From positions 32,001 through 96,000 of the IMG/VR virus record IMGVR_UViG_3300010354_000053: a DNA stretch of 64,000 nt, one strand, 5' to 3'. Shown here piece after piece: positions 1 through 10,056 of this stretch. The DNA is from a virus. How positions within the stretch are numbered: the stretch's first letter is position 1; every line of letters starts with the position of its first letter. Position numbers and translations under genes: made by a program. Under the pieces are notes generated by a model. It made no database searches. It was not told the origin of the DNA and saw nothing but the letters and a program-made list of their open reading frames with translations.

Positions 1-2840
1 GAAACGGAAGACGCTACCGCAGATACGGGTAGGTCGATATAGAAAGTATCCATAGTCGGAGCGGGCGATGCTTTAACAACAGCCGTAACCGGAAATGATA
101 ATCCAGGGAAAATAGATTGTGTTAATGCACTTGCATTTGTGATTTGAAATGAATCAAGCTGTAAAAACCCGTGGTTAGGCAACATGACTTTAATAGTGGG
201 AGAGCCAAGATTTGATTCAATCAATGTATTTGAAAAAACACCAAAAAATGCTTCGCGCTCGATTTTTGAAGTTTCAATGTCAATAAATGTATCTTTAGAA
301 ACAGAAAAATTAATAGTATTTGGTGTAAAAACTGTGGCAACGCCTGCAATTTGTTTTTTAAATTTAAAAACAGTGCTGCTATCTACCGCAGATACTATGT
401 GTGTGCCAACAATTTCCGAACTTAAAAAACTTGTACCGGCTGCTAAACTAGCCGCTGTGATTTCAAATGATTGCCCAACAACAAATCTATGATCCTCTGT
501 TGTTGTAACAGTAAATGTTACATAGCCATTTACATCGGTTGTTGAATATTCGGTTGGAACTAGATTAAAATTTTGATCTACAGTTCTTGTGCAAAGACCT
601 TTTTTAAGGACTTTCATTACACTATTAGTGCGTCCAGGTAGTCTGTTTGCGACTGAAGAGTTACTATTTAAATAGATGTAATCACCTAGTTGAATACTAG
701 AATATAACGCAATATCAGAACTGTGTAATCTAACTACTGTAGAGTTAGGCGACAAAATTTCTGGGGTGAGAGAGCTTGCGCCAGTAAGACCAAGAGTTCT
801 TAATTCAAACTCTCCATCAACACCAACAATAATTTTTGGAGTACCAAGGTTTGTACTACCGGCAGAAAATAAACCACTTGGCGCTGGTTTTGATTGAATT
901 TCTGCGCGGGTAAATTTCGACGAAACCGTCACATTGTCATTAAGTTGAGGTTCATTTAAAAGTTTAATTTCGCCGCTAATTCTATTTATCTCAAAATCTG
1001 GCGTTGCACCTTTACTTTCTAATACAGCCGAAGATTTAAATAACTTATTAACACCAATCCATGTTGCTGGAGCGCCTGTTGAAGTTGTAGGTTCAATTTT
1101 AACCGAACCGGTAGGACTCAAAGACTGCCATGAAGCAAAAGCTAGTTTTGAACCTACTTGATAAACATTTACACCCGCAACTTTTTTCTTAAAAACAGTA
1201 ATCCAGTCGGATAATTGTGCAGAGGCGATTGTACGACCGAGAGCCAACATGTCATTATTGTCGATTGTAAAAGTTTGTGTTACACCATCAACGGTCATTC
1301 TAACGTTTTGTAAGTCTAAGTCGGTTAATGATAACCATGGAAAATCTGAAGAGTAAACTACTGCAGATAAACCCTTAAAAGATAAAATTTTATTGTTTTT
1401 ATATACATAAATAGGTCTGATCTCATGAACAGGGAGACCTAAAATAGCTTGCAATTCGCTTGGTAAAATTTGCAAAGTTTCTGCTTGTCCAGAAATATCG
1501 AATACAGAAAATGTAGTTCCATCGTTAGCAGTTCTAAAACCTAATGCTGAAGATCCGCTAAGAATTACACCGTTGAATGCTCTGACAATTTCTGATGGAG
1601 AAACTGAAGAAAGATTTGTATATTCGGATTGATTGATTTCAAATCGTGTAGGTATACCATCAATAATAATGTCTAAATACATTCCGTCTTGCAAAGCGTA
1701 AGGCGCAGGCTCAACTCCTACAGCAATACAAGGAGAAATTGGTTTGTTTGAAGTTTTTAAGAAAATTTCTTGACCACTAGAATTTACTAACAATTGTTCA
1801 AAATCTTGACCACGGTACGATGGCTCTAACCCTGAACCATCATCTATGTATATTTTTGTTGAATCAGTTCTGTTTGTTGGCTCAACAATATTCAAAGATG
1901 TAATTGTTTTTCCACTAACCGGATCTCGCAATCCTTGTAAAGAACTAGAAATAGATTGTTTGGTTCCACGACTGAGTGATGCAATGTAATTTGCAATGCG
2001 GAGTCTCAACGCTTCGTCGCCTTCAGCACTAGCTCCGTTTGTGATTGTAGATGGATTAGAAACAATCGCTCCTGTGAACGGTGGTGTTAAAAATTGTTTA
2101 ATTGCACCAACTGAAACATTTCCGGTTTCTCCAAAAGAACTGCAAGTGACAGATACCCTGATAGTGTCTTCGCCGTCAGCAAGAGTAAATGATCCATCTA
2201 CGGTATACTGAACGGGAACATTTCCGCTAGAGCCAGGTGCAATTACAATAGCTCCTGCAGAAATTTGTCTTGTACCTCCCTGCGACAAAATAGCTGTTTC
2301 GCCATAAGAATGGTTGTTAACCAACGGGGTAGATGAGTTTAAATTTAAAGTCCAAAAAGTGTTGTTATTTTCAATACTTGTATATTGAATTGGCCCTTCT
2401 TCATTTGCGGTATTTCTTCCTAAATAAAACGCACCAGCAGAAGGCCACCCAGAGCAATCTTGAAGATAAACTTTAATACTGCCGGCGTAGGGTGTCGGTT
2501 TACCGATATATACCGATGTAGCCTTTTTAGTAAAGGGCGACGAAATTAAAACTTGTCCACTAGCTCTTTTAGCCGGAAAACGACCGAACCCACCAACACC
2601 ATTCGGTATTTGGGCCTCAATAGCTTTTTCATCCAGCTCACTACCAACTAAAGTTTGAAGATTAGAGCTTTCTAGTACTTTGAGGACGCCGATTTGATTT
2701 TGATAATCTTGAAGAGCGGCTGCTTCTAAAATTGTAGAAGTAATACTTCCTTCACTGACATCTGTAATATCAGTATTGGCAGTCAATTTCCGGATCATAT
2801 CAGCTAAAATCGATTGAACGCTTTTAACTGTAATTGCCAT
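1..2840 (-). CDS. Baseplate J-like / wedge protein, large, partial (runs off window start)
   Basis: ATG at 2840 with GGAG RBS; N-terminus MAITVKSVQSILADMIRKLTANTDITDVSEGSITSTILEAAA is typical of baseplate J; frame checked open at the window edge (>940 codons). Confidence 0.8.
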   Translation of the reverse strand, partial: MAITVKSVQSILADMIRKLTANTDITDVSEGSITSTILEAAALQDYQNQIGVLKVLESSNLQTLVGSELDEKAIEAQIPNGVGGFGRFPAKRASGQVLISSPFTKKATSVYIGKPTPYAGSIKVYLQDCSGWPSAGAFYLGRNTANEEGPIQYTSIENNNTFWTLNLNSSTPLVNNHSYGETAILSQGGTRQISAGAIVIAPGSSGNVPVQYTVDGSFTLADGEDTIRVSVTCSSFGETGNVSVGAIKQFLTPPFTGAIVSNPSTITNGASAEGDEALRLRIANYIASLSRGTKQSISSSLQGLRDPVSGKTITSLNIVEPTNRTDSTKIYIDDGSGLEPSYRGQDFEQLLVNSSGQEIFLKTSNKPISPCIAVGVEPAPYALQDGMYLDIIIDGIPTRFEINQSEYTNLSSVSPSEIVRAFNGVILSGSSALGFRTANDGTTFSVFDISGQAETLQILPSELQAILGLPVHEIRPIYVYKNNKILSFKGLSAVVYSSDFPWLSLTDLDLQNVRMTVDGVTQTFTIDNNDMLALGRTIASAQLSDWITVFKKKVAGVNVYQVGSKLAFASWQSLSPTGSVKIEPTTSTGAPATWIGVNKLFKSSAVLESKGATPDFEINRISGEIKLLNEPQLNDNVTVSSKFTRAEIQSKPAPSGLFSAGSTNLGTPKIIVGVDGEFELRTLGLTGASSLTPEILSPNSTVVRLHSSDIALYSSIQLGDYIYLNSNSSVANRLPGRTNSVMKVLKKGLCTRTVDQNFNLVPTEYSTTDVNGYVTFTVTTTEDHRFVVGQSFEITAASLAAGTSFLSSEIVGTHIVSAVDSSTVFKFKKQIAGVATVFTPNTINFSVSKDTFIDIETSKIEREAFFGVFSNTLIESNLGSPTIKVMLPNHGFLQLDSFQITNASALTQSIFPGLSFPVTAVVKASPAPTMDTFYIDLPVSAVASSV

Positions 2841-2852
2841 TATCGTTCTCCA

Positions 2853-4403
2853 TTATATAACAAAGGCTAATGGTATTAGCTGATTAGATCCCGCTATTGT
2901 AACTAATACAGTCATTCCGATTTTACCATCTGCCGATATCTGTATATCCTTTAGTGTAACAGAAGTAAAACGAGAATCTCGCTTTAAACTTTCTTCTACA
3001 ACCGTTGCTATTTTCGTGGAAGTTGTAGCTCCTTGCAAGGCAAAACCTAAATTATTAGAGATTCCATACTGTCTATGAAGGGGGAGTTGACCTTGTTCTG
3101 TTTTGAGAGTTGTTAAAATAGTCTGTCTAAGATTATTTATTCCAAATTGATACTTTAAATCACCATCGGTTCCGATTAAAAGATCACCAGTAACATCATC
3201 AGTAGCAACATCTACTCCAAATGATAACAAAGCTTTATCAATTTTCTTTAACTCTCCTTCGGAGGGCTCCGGGACATTTTGATTTGGGGCTATCATTGGT
3301 GTTGGTATTTTAACTAAAGAAAAGTCATTTAAGGTTTCTGGCTTGTATACTCTAATGTATGGAACATGATTAATTAATAATTTAGCTAGATCTTGTTTTC
3401 CGCTTAGATAAATAGTGGCTGAGCCATCCCTGTTATCATTGACCTGCTCAACTTTTCTGATTTCTTCGGGTACTAACCGACTACCAATTTTTACTGCTGC
3501 GTTAATTCGAAATTTTTCTTGTTGAGAAATTGGTACTCGTATTGTAGATGCACTGCCACTTTCTAGTAAAACAATTTTCTCGCCATACAAATCTACATAT
3601 GGTGCTTTTAAATTATTAACGGTTACAAGTTCATACCATTTTGCCGCGCTACCTAAATAATCTTGTGCCATTTGATGCAAACTTTTCTCAAACGGTACAA
3701 CCGTATAACTTTTATAAACGTCACTCACTCGTACTGTCGATTTTCCCTCGACTAATTTTTCATTTGCGAACTTTAATAAGTTTGGGCTGATATTTCTTCG
3801 ATATTTAAATTCTATAATTATGCCTTCAATATATTTTTCTAATTCAATTGTAGAATTTAATAAAACTAAATCAGAAATGAAATAGTCTCTTTGTTTTGGT
3901 GAACTTTTCCGTTGTTTAATCTGATCGTAAAATGAGTTACCCAAACCAATAAAATCAAAAGCAATTTCTCTTTGAGCTTTTAAAAAACTCAACATTCCTT
4001 TGAAATCTTCAACATCAAATTGAGTCACCCTTTGAATTTCTTCTTTGACAAACTGAGATTCTGGATCTGTTAAATCGATAGTAGCTATATCAATCAAACT
4101 CAACAGTTCGGACATCTCAGCGAAAGTATTCAAGTCTAAGAATGGGTTAACATTCGCTCCGTTTTCATAAGATTCAATATAATCGTGTAACCTGAGAATC
4201 TGCTGAGTTAAAAACTCGTCCCCATTCGCGTATTTTTCGAATTGAGGTATTACCCTAGACTTGTTTTTAACAAACCATGTCCATCTGTCTGCTGTTAATT
4301 TTGCGAATAGATTTAATCCCAGCTTTCCTCCTGCCTTACTCTGCACGTAAAGCATTAAGTCTGTTTGTATAGAAAAGCGGTCTGTATACTGTTTCGTCCC
4401 CAT
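2853..4403 (-). CDS. Baseplate protein with LysM-like segment and C-terminal gp25-like domain
   Basis: SLHQMAQDYLGSAAKWYELVTVNNLKAPY (LysM/tail X-like); C-terminal GINNLRQTILTTLKTEQGQLPLHRQYG...LKRDSRF (gp25-like); start refined to ATG 4403 after GAGGA. Confidence 0.65.
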   Translation of the reverse strand: MGTKQYTDRFSIQTDLMLYVQSKAGGKLGLNLFAKLTADRWTWFVKNKSRVIPQFEKYANGDEFLTQQILRLHDYIESYENGANVNPFLDLNTFAEMSELLSLIDIATIDLTDPESQFVKEEIQRVTQFDVEDFKGMLSFLKAQREIAFDFIGLGNSFYDQIKQRKSSPKQRDYFISDLVLLNSTIELEKYIEGIIIEFKYRRNISPNLLKFANEKLVEGKSTVRVSDVYKSYTVVPFEKSLHQMAQDYLGSAAKWYELVTVNNLKAPYVDLYGEKIVLLESGSASTIRVPISQQEKFRINAAVKIGSRLVPEEIRKVEQVNDNRDGSATIYLSGKQDLAKLLINHVPYIRVYKPETLNDFSLVKIPTPMIAPNQNVPEPSEGELKKIDKALLSFGVDVATDDVTGDLLIGTDGDLKYQFGINNLRQTILTTLKTEQGQLPLHRQYGISNNLGFALQGATTSTKIATVVEESLKRDSRFTSVTLKDIQISADGKIGMTVLVTIAGSNQLIPLAFVI

Positions 4404-4427
4404 GATTCTTCCTCGTTCTAATAATAT

Positions 4428-4454
4428 TACCCCATATTTACATAAAGCCAACTG
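4428..4454 (-). promoter_or_regulatory. Conserved upstream element / promoter CAGTTGGCTTTATGTAAATATGGGGTA
   Basis: 25/27 identical to 60477-60502; both lie just upstream of minus-strand virion genes. Confidence 0.55.
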
Positions 4455-4545
4455 CTTAAAATAAGGGGAAGAAATACATCCAAATAAAATACCTAACTCA
4501 GGGGAAAAGTTTAATGGTAACTTTTATAAGATTGGAGAACCTGCC

Positions 4546-4809
4546 ATGAAAAATCTCAACGGAGAGCTGATAGCCTTTCTTCAAGCAGTCACGGAGGAGG
4601 AAGACCTGATGGAAATAAGCCACCAGCTCTTAGCCAAAAACTACCGATCAATAAAGCTAATGGAAAACACTCAACCAAGGCGGAATTTTTATAACACAGA
4701 TTTTTTGTTCAATAATCAGCAATACAAAGTTGTAGTAACTAGAAAACTACCGTTATTTCATAACTCTGAAGATGAAATGGACGAAGAACTAGAGGAATAC
4801 GAAGAATGA
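4546..4809 (+). CDS. Hypothetical protein
   Basis: GGAG RBS, acidic tail, ATGA overlap with next ORF. Confidence 0.6.
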   Translation: MKNLNGELIAFLQAVTEEEDLMEISHQLLAKNYRSIKLMENTQPRRNFYNTDFLFNNQQYKVVVTRKLPLFHNSEDEMDEELEEYEE

Positions 4810-5072
4810 TTTACTTATACGAATTGATCAATCCGATGTATCGAGACATATCATTAGAAGATCACGGCCATCCATTTTTTATTATAAATGCACCCGTTTA
4901 TGAACCAGAATCTGTTATGCCATCTATCTCTCTTTCTACAAAAGTCAAGTTTCAACGTCTAGTTGAAAAGTTTGAAACAATGGACCAGCTGGCCGACTAT
5001 GTTATTTCTTGGGATACAAACAATGAGCCGTATAAAAACGCACTGTTAAATGAACTAACAAAAGAAGTATAA
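4806..5072 (+). CDS. Hypothetical protein
   Basis: Coupled to upstream ORF and abuts dnaE. Confidence 0.6.
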   Translation: MIYLYELINPMYRDISLEDHGHPFFIINAPVYEPESVMPSISLSTKVKFQRLVEKFETMDQLADYVISWDTNNEPYKNALLNELTKEV

Positions 5073-5073
5073 A

Positions 5074-8007
5074 ATGTCACATTTTAAGTTGTTTGATTTT
5101 ATTGATCAGCATCCAGAAGAAAAACGTCCGTGGAGTAACCGTTGGAAAAATAAAAAAATTTGCGCAAACCTTCATTGCCACTCTCATTTTTCTCTAGATG
5201 GGGGTTCGACTGTCCAAACTATGGTTGAACGGGCAGTAGAACTAGAATACACGCATTTTACACTTTCCGAACATGGAAACGTCAACAGCGCAGTAGCGTT
5301 ATACCGCGAGGCTGAAAAAATAAACAAAAAAGGGAATAAAATAAAGCTATTTCATTCGGTGGAAGCTTATATCCGACATCCTAAAGATGAAAAATCTACC
5401 CATATCACAATAGGATTTAAAACTAGCGCAGCGTTCCAAAAATACTGCGAGCTAACGCACATACTGTATGACGAGAAGCACATGGAGGTTAAATGGGGTG
5501 ATGTTAAACCCGTTATGACTACCGAGCATCTTGAAGAACTAGCTCCCCTTGGGATTGTCATAGGAACGGGCTGCATCGGTTCGTTCTTTAACTACCCCAT
5601 TTATAAACACGGTAATGTTAAGGAGTCACGTGAGCGCCTTGAGTGGGTTATGAGTTTAGTTGGAAGAGATAACATTTACGACGAGTGGATTGTAGATGAC
5701 CTTAGTAAATATTACGCGCCCGCTAAAGTTGAAGAAGGCAAAATTATCAAAGAAGCAGCGCTTGAGCTTAACGAGTGCTCACCTCACCTCCTGCAGTATG
5801 GGCAGAATACCCCAAACATTGGCAAAGCTGTAAACAATGTGCGCCGTGATCATGTTACAGGCCCATTAAATATTAAGCCGATTGTTTCGCTGGATTCTCA
5901 TTACGCTCGCAAGAAAGATAAAGTAATTCAAGACTCTAAGAATTACGGTTCGGATTGGATTATGTCTAACTTCCAACATATGCGCGGGGCTGAAGAATAT
6001 GCATACGAGGCTAAAAAATACGGTGGGCTGGAAGATAAATTTATTGAAGAACTGCTAGATAATACCGAAGATTATGCAGAACAGTTTAATGGTTACGAAT
6101 TTGGACCTTCCAAAGAATGGATTATGCCAAATTACGAAGATTCAAATTTAAAGTGGATTGTTAATAAGATTAAATCAGAAAAACGTATTAATCTAGATGA
6201 AAAAGATTACGCAGACCGTCTTAATTATGAAATTAAAGTCCTTGGCAACAATGGTGTATTTGATGGCTTGGCATATTTAAGAACAGTTAGTGAGATTTGC
6301 GACGAGGCAGAAAAACGAAATATTCTTGTTAATACCCGTGGTTCGGCTGGTGGTAGTCTTTCTTATTTTGCCGTAGGCGCATCTGTTACAGATCCAATTA
6401 AATATGACTTACAATTTGAGCGGCACATCACACTAGGCCGTATTAAATCTGGTTCCTTGCCGGACTGCGATTTGGATTTCGATGTTAAAGACGAAGCTCT
6501 AGCTATGATTTACGAAATGTATCCAAACAGAGTATTACCTATCTCAGTAAACCAAAACCTTAAACCACGATCTGCTATTAAAGATGCTGAACGATTTATT
6601 CTTGGCGCCGTGCGGCAAGAAACAGAAATCTTGACAAAGTCAATGCCAATTGTTCCACAAGGAAAAGATGAAACTGAATGGCTGTTTGGCTATGAAGACA
6701 TTGAAACTGGTGAGCATATTCAAGGATATTTTGAAACTTCTCAAGAACTGCAAGCATATGCTGCAAAAAATCCAGAAATTTGGATGATGGTTGAACAAAT
6801 GTGCGGAGTTATGCGGCAAAAATCTTCACATCCATGTGGGCTTATTGTTACACCTACCGAAAGTAAATACTGGCTTCCAGTGTGCCGCGTTGGAGGAAAA
6901 AATGGTGCGCTTGTAACTGCATGGTGCCCAAAAGATTTGGAATGGTACAAAGCAGTAAAGTTTGATGTTCTTGGTGTTAAAAAAATGCAAACAATCAAAA
7001 AAACATTTGAACTAATTAAGCAACGCCATGGGATTGATTTAAAATGGGGTGAGTTTGATCACAATGATCAAGTATTTGAAAATATTTACCATACCGGTAA
7101 AACTGATGCGACGTTTCAAACAAATACTTCCGGCATTCGTTCTCTGTGCGTAAGAACTAAGCCAAAAAATATTGTGGATATTTCCAACTTAATTGCTTTG
7201 TATCGTCCATCGACAATTGACTGGCAGATGCATTTGCAGCCATCGGAAGAGCGGCCAAGTGGATTCCATGGCAATGCCATGGAATTTTATGTGCAATGTT
7301 CTGCAGGCAATCAGAGACCTTATTACATTCACCCCTCGCTCGAACCAATTTTTGGTTCTACGTTTGGTGTGCCACTGTTTCAGGAGCAGATTCTAAAACT
7401 AGCTCGAGAAGTTGGTGGTTATTCATTTGAAGAAGCTGAAAACTTACGACGAGGTATTGGTAAAAAAGATAAAAAACTGATTAACGAGATTTTGGACGAT
7501 ATGGAAAAACGTATTATTACAAAAGATTCTTCTTGGGCTGAAAACCAATTGCACGAATTACGCGAGATGGTTATTGCGTCCGCACGTTATGGGTTCAATT
7601 GTGCCCATAGTACATCTTATGGAATTGTTTCTTATGCTACAGCGTGGCTAAAAAATAACTACCCTCTAGAGTTTTGGACTGCAGAACTTAGTGTTGAATA
7701 TGGAGACGAAGACAAATTGAGAGAATATTCTCAACTTATTTCTGACAAACTTTTGCAGCCTTCAGTCCTTCATTCCGATACAACAGATTTTGTCATTGAA
7801 GGGGACAAGATTCGCGTACCTTTGTGTGTTTTAAAAGGAGTTGGGGAAGAAGCCGCAAAAGCCGTCAAAAAACTTATGCATAATAGTTTAGAGGAGATTG
7901 GTTTAACCAAAAAGCCACAAGTGGTCAAAAACTCAAGAGAATCAACTAAACGTGCAAAAGTACTTAGTGACCAAAAATCGGATGATAATTTGTTGTCGCT
8001 CGGGTAA
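5074..8007 (+). CDS. dnaE: DNA polymerase III alpha, N-terminal part (PHP + palm/thumb/fingers + start of HhH)
   Basis: PHP HCHSHFSLDG, EHG, VEAY, DSHY; RGSAGGSL; catalytic PDCDLD; KFDVLG; YGFNCAHS; LKGVG; lacks the rest of HhH and the OB fold. Confidence 0.95.
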   Translation: MSHFKLFDFIDQHPEEKRPWSNRWKNKKICANLHCHSHFSLDGGSTVQTMVERAVELEYTHFTLSEHGNVNSAVALYREAEKINKKGNKIKLFHSVEAYIRHPKDEKSTHITIGFKTSAAFQKYCELTHILYDEKHMEVKWGDVKPVMTTEHLEELAPLGIVIGTGCIGSFFNYPIYKHGNVKESRERLEWVMSLVGRDNIYDEWIVDDLSKYYAPAKVEEGKIIKEAALELNECSPHLLQYGQNTPNIGKAVNNVRRDHVTGPLNIKPIVSLDSHYARKKDKVIQDSKNYGSDWIMSNFQHMRGAEEYAYEAKKYGGLEDKFIEELLDNTEDYAEQFNGYEFGPSKEWIMPNYEDSNLKWIVNKIKSEKRINLDEKDYADRLNYEIKVLGNNGVFDGLAYLRTVSEICDEAEKRNILVNTRGSAGGSLSYFAVGASVTDPIKYDLQFERHITLGRIKSGSLPDCDLDFDVKDEALAMIYEMYPNRVLPISVNQNLKPRSAIKDAERFILGAVRQETEILTKSMPIVPQGKDETEWLFGYEDIETGEHIQGYFETSQELQAYAAKNPEIWMMVEQMCGVMRQKSSHPCGLIVTPTESKYWLPVCRVGGKNGALVTAWCPKDLEWYKAVKFDVLGVKKMQTIKKTFELIKQRHGIDLKWGEFDHNDQVFENIYHTGKTDATFQTNTSGIRSLCVRTKPKNIVDISNLIALYRPSTIDWQMHLQPSEERPSGFHGNAMEFYVQCSAGNQRPYYIHPSLEPIFGSTFGVPLFQEQILKLAREVGGYSFEEAENLRRGIGKKDKKLINEILDDMEKRIITKDSSWAENQLHELREMVIASARYGFNCAHSTSYGIVSYATAWLKNNYPLEFWTAELSVEYGDEDKLREYSQLISDKLLQPSVLHSDTTDFVIEGDKIRVPLCVLKGVGEEAAKAVKKLMHNSLEEIGLTKKPQVVKNSRESTKRAKVLSDQKSDDNLLSLG

Positions 8008-8118
8008 GGGCAGGAAACCTAAGTCATACTTTTTATGGTGGCGTTCAAATTTTCCTAGTTGGAATAATATCAAAAAGTATAAAATGCCAACCCGAATAAA
8101 TAAAAAAAATTTACATCA

Positions 8119-8147
8119 CGGCAACCTTGGGTTGCCGCGGTTTTTTT
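8119..8147 (+). terminator. Rho-independent terminator
   Basis: CGGCAACC-ttg-GGTTGCCG followed by T7. Confidence 0.75.
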
Positions 8148-8293
8148 GGGTGATGTTAACAGATTCTAAAGGACAAATTATTTCGTATGAAGAAATAAAA
8201 AAAGAATCTATCTTCGAAACAAATTCAAAGATAGATCTTTTAGAATTCTTAGCGGATAATAAATTTCCGTCACAAATTTTAGATGTTTTTATG

Positions 8294-8848
8294 TCAAAAC
8301 TCTAATTTTAGACCCAGCCCTAAACTTTTATCTTTAAATCCATATCCAGTTTCTAGCCAGAGCGGGCCATATACTCGAAGGCCGAGATTTAACTGAAGGT
8401 TTAATTCTTCGGCTGGTTTTGTTGTTAATAATTTATCAATAGGCTTTTCAGCCATTAATCCAGCAGAATATTTAGATAAATTTTGTTTTTGAATTACTTC
8501 AGTTTCTTTCTTTGTGCTTTCTTTTTCTTTGGTTTCTTTTGATTCTTTTTTATTTTTGTCTGTAGTTTCTTTTTGTTTTTCTTTTGTTTTTGATTCTTCT
8601 TCTGTTATTTCTACAACTTCTCCGTTTGGTTTTGTGACTTTCTTAGTTTTTTTCTTTTCCCATTTTTTTGATTCGTATTCTTTTTTGAGTCGTTCGCGCT
8701 CTTCCGCAATCACCTTTTCTGTTTTTTCTTTATCAACAACTATAACTTCTTTAATTTGAATATCTGGTGCCGGTCGTCGGCCATAACCGATTGCATAGCC
8801 ACCGACTAAACACAAAACTGCTGCAACGATATATTTTTTTTCAAACAT
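8294..8848 (-). CDS. Spanin-like membrane protein (N-terminal TM, charged stalk, C-terminal beta strands ending in Phe)
   Basis: Directly downstream of endolysin; hydrophobic YIVAAVLCLVGGYAIGY; C-terminus SLGLGLKLEF. Confidence 0.5.
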   Translation of the reverse strand: MFEKKYIVAAVLCLVGGYAIGYGRRPAPDIQIKEVIVVDKEKTEKVIAEERERLKKEYESKKWEKKKTKKVTKPNGEVVEITEEESKTKEKQKETTDKNKKESKETKEKESTKKETEVIQKQNLSKYSAGLMAEKPIDKLLTTKPAEELNLQLNLGLRVYGPLWLETGYGFKDKSLGLGLKLEF

Positions 8849-9293
8849 ACGGGTTCTTCTTTTGTAGATCTTTCCATGTTAGATTTTGAGGATTATATTC
8901 AAAATGGGCGGTTTCTTTAAATTTCTTCCAATTACCAGCCCACCTTAGACCCTTTGATTCAAGTATAGGCTTTACAAGACTCCAAACTTTACGATAAAGC
9001 TTTTCATCCCAAATAATCGCCCCCTTTTTGTCAACAAAATGAAAATCGCCGGCTAAACGATAATTGTGCGTAGACTGACCGCCTTTTGCATTTGTAACAA
9101 TTTTTCCTGGCTCGGTTCGACCTAGTGCATAAAGCTTGTCTTGATCTTCAGGCGCTCTATAGCCAGAATGACACTGCATGTTTAGCCCATTAGCATATGC
9201 AGTTTCTAGCATTCGAGACATAACTTCTTGGGCGGGCGGAATCAACTCAGCTAGAAGTTTTTTTGTTCTTTTGTCCATTTCCAGCATACTCAA
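8841..9293 (-). CDS. Endolysin, M15 family (L-Ala-D-Glu peptidase-like)
   Basis: SGYRAPEDQDKLYALGRT, VTNAKGGQSTHNYRLAGD, WAGNWKKFKETAHFE. Confidence 0.92.
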   Translation of the reverse strand: MSMLEMDKRTKKLLAELIPPAQEVMSRMLETAYANGLNMQCHSGYRAPEDQDKLYALGRTEPGKIVTNAKGGQSTHNYRLAGDFHFVDKKGAIIWDEKLYRKVWSLVKPILESKGLRWAGNWKKFKETAHFEYNPQNLTWKDLQKKNPYV

Positions 9294-9486
9294 TATCCTC
9301 TTTCTGGTTCATGCGAGGTTCTTTGTATGCTTTTTCTACACCATTCACAGCAGCCAATGCAATGGCTACAGACGCAATCGAGTTTGCAACATCCACATCA
9401 TTAACAAATCCTAGAATTGCTAAAATTGTGATTGTATAAAACGCAATTGCAGTCCGCCTGCAACCATTAAATGGTGTTAATAACAT
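9247..9486 (-). CDS. Putative holin
   Basis: 79 aa, two hydrophobic segments, charged C-tail, overlaps endolysin start. Confidence 0.6.
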   Translation of the reverse strand: MLLTPFNGCRRTAIAFYTITILAILGFVNDVDVANSIASVAIALAAVNGVEKAYKEPRMNQKEDIEYAGNGQKNKKTSS

Positions 9487-10028
9487 TACTTATATTTCTT
9501 CTTTAATAAAGAATGAGCCTTTTTAAGAGCTTCTGCACTTCCAAACCCTTGTTTTTTAACTGGTTTGTCGTTTACAGATTTTTCTTCGCCCATTCTTTCA
9601 GAATAATCACCTATCACATCAGACTCTGGAATTTCTCCGGCGACGGCGCCTTCTTTTGGTTTTTTTGGCAAAGCTGGATTTTTTGTTTGCTCTGCAGATT
9701 TTTCCATATCTTCTGTTTTTGCCATTGCAGTTTGTGATGACGTTTGCACCAAGGCGGGATTAGGTTCCATGCCTGGCATTGAACCGCCGGCTGGCATAGC
9801 CTGTTTTTGTAATTCTGTAGCTTTTTCCATACGTAGTTTATTAAAAACCTGAGCACGATCTTCAGCATCAACTTTTGGGATAACTTCATTAACTTTAGCA
9901 GGGCCTTTAATTTCTTCTACCGCTTGATCAACCGACAATCCTTTGCACATTTTGTGCATTTTTTTAAGATGTTGAACGCTCATTTTTTTCTCCAAAAAAA
10001 CCTTGACTTTTAATGAAATTAATGCCAT
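9486..10028 (-). CDS. Hypothetical protein, possibly head-packaged (MEKA/MEKS/LKKA motifs)
   Basis: Low-complexity; alternative start ATG 9983 with GGAG; GTGTATAATT upstream. Confidence 0.55.
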   Translation of the reverse strand: MALISLKVKVFLEKKMSVQHLKKMHKMCKGLSVDQAVEEIKGPAKVNEVIPKVDAEDRAQVFNKLRMEKATELQKQAMPAGGSMPGMEPNPALVQTSSQTAMAKTEDMEKSAEQTKNPALPKKPKEGAVAGEIPESDVIGDYSERMGEEKSVNDKPVKKQGFGSAEALKKAHSLLKKKYK

Positions 10029-10056
10029 TGTCTTATATTAGCAAATCGCTAGTATA

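Noticed and set aside
184-2211. Plus-strand ORFs 184-492 and 1996-2211
   Set aside because: Antisense shadows of the baseplate gene
7887-7908. Recombination site for an active inversion restoring dnaE (TTTAGAGGAGATTGGTTTA versus TTTGATGAGGTTGTTTA)
   Set aside because: Similarity is gapped, short and AT-rich, crossover would be out of frame, and no recombinase is in the window
7860-8007. Split intein joining the DnaE halves
   Set aside because: No intein block A after the HhH helix and no HN-C/S/T junction at the start of the C-part
8000-8100. Group I/II intron, hammerhead or SRP RNA
   Set aside because: Core consensus elements were not found; kept only as an unassigned structure
7952-8305. 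117-aa ORF
   Set aside because: Overlaps the dnaE end and runs through a terminator; only the last 50 codons might be real
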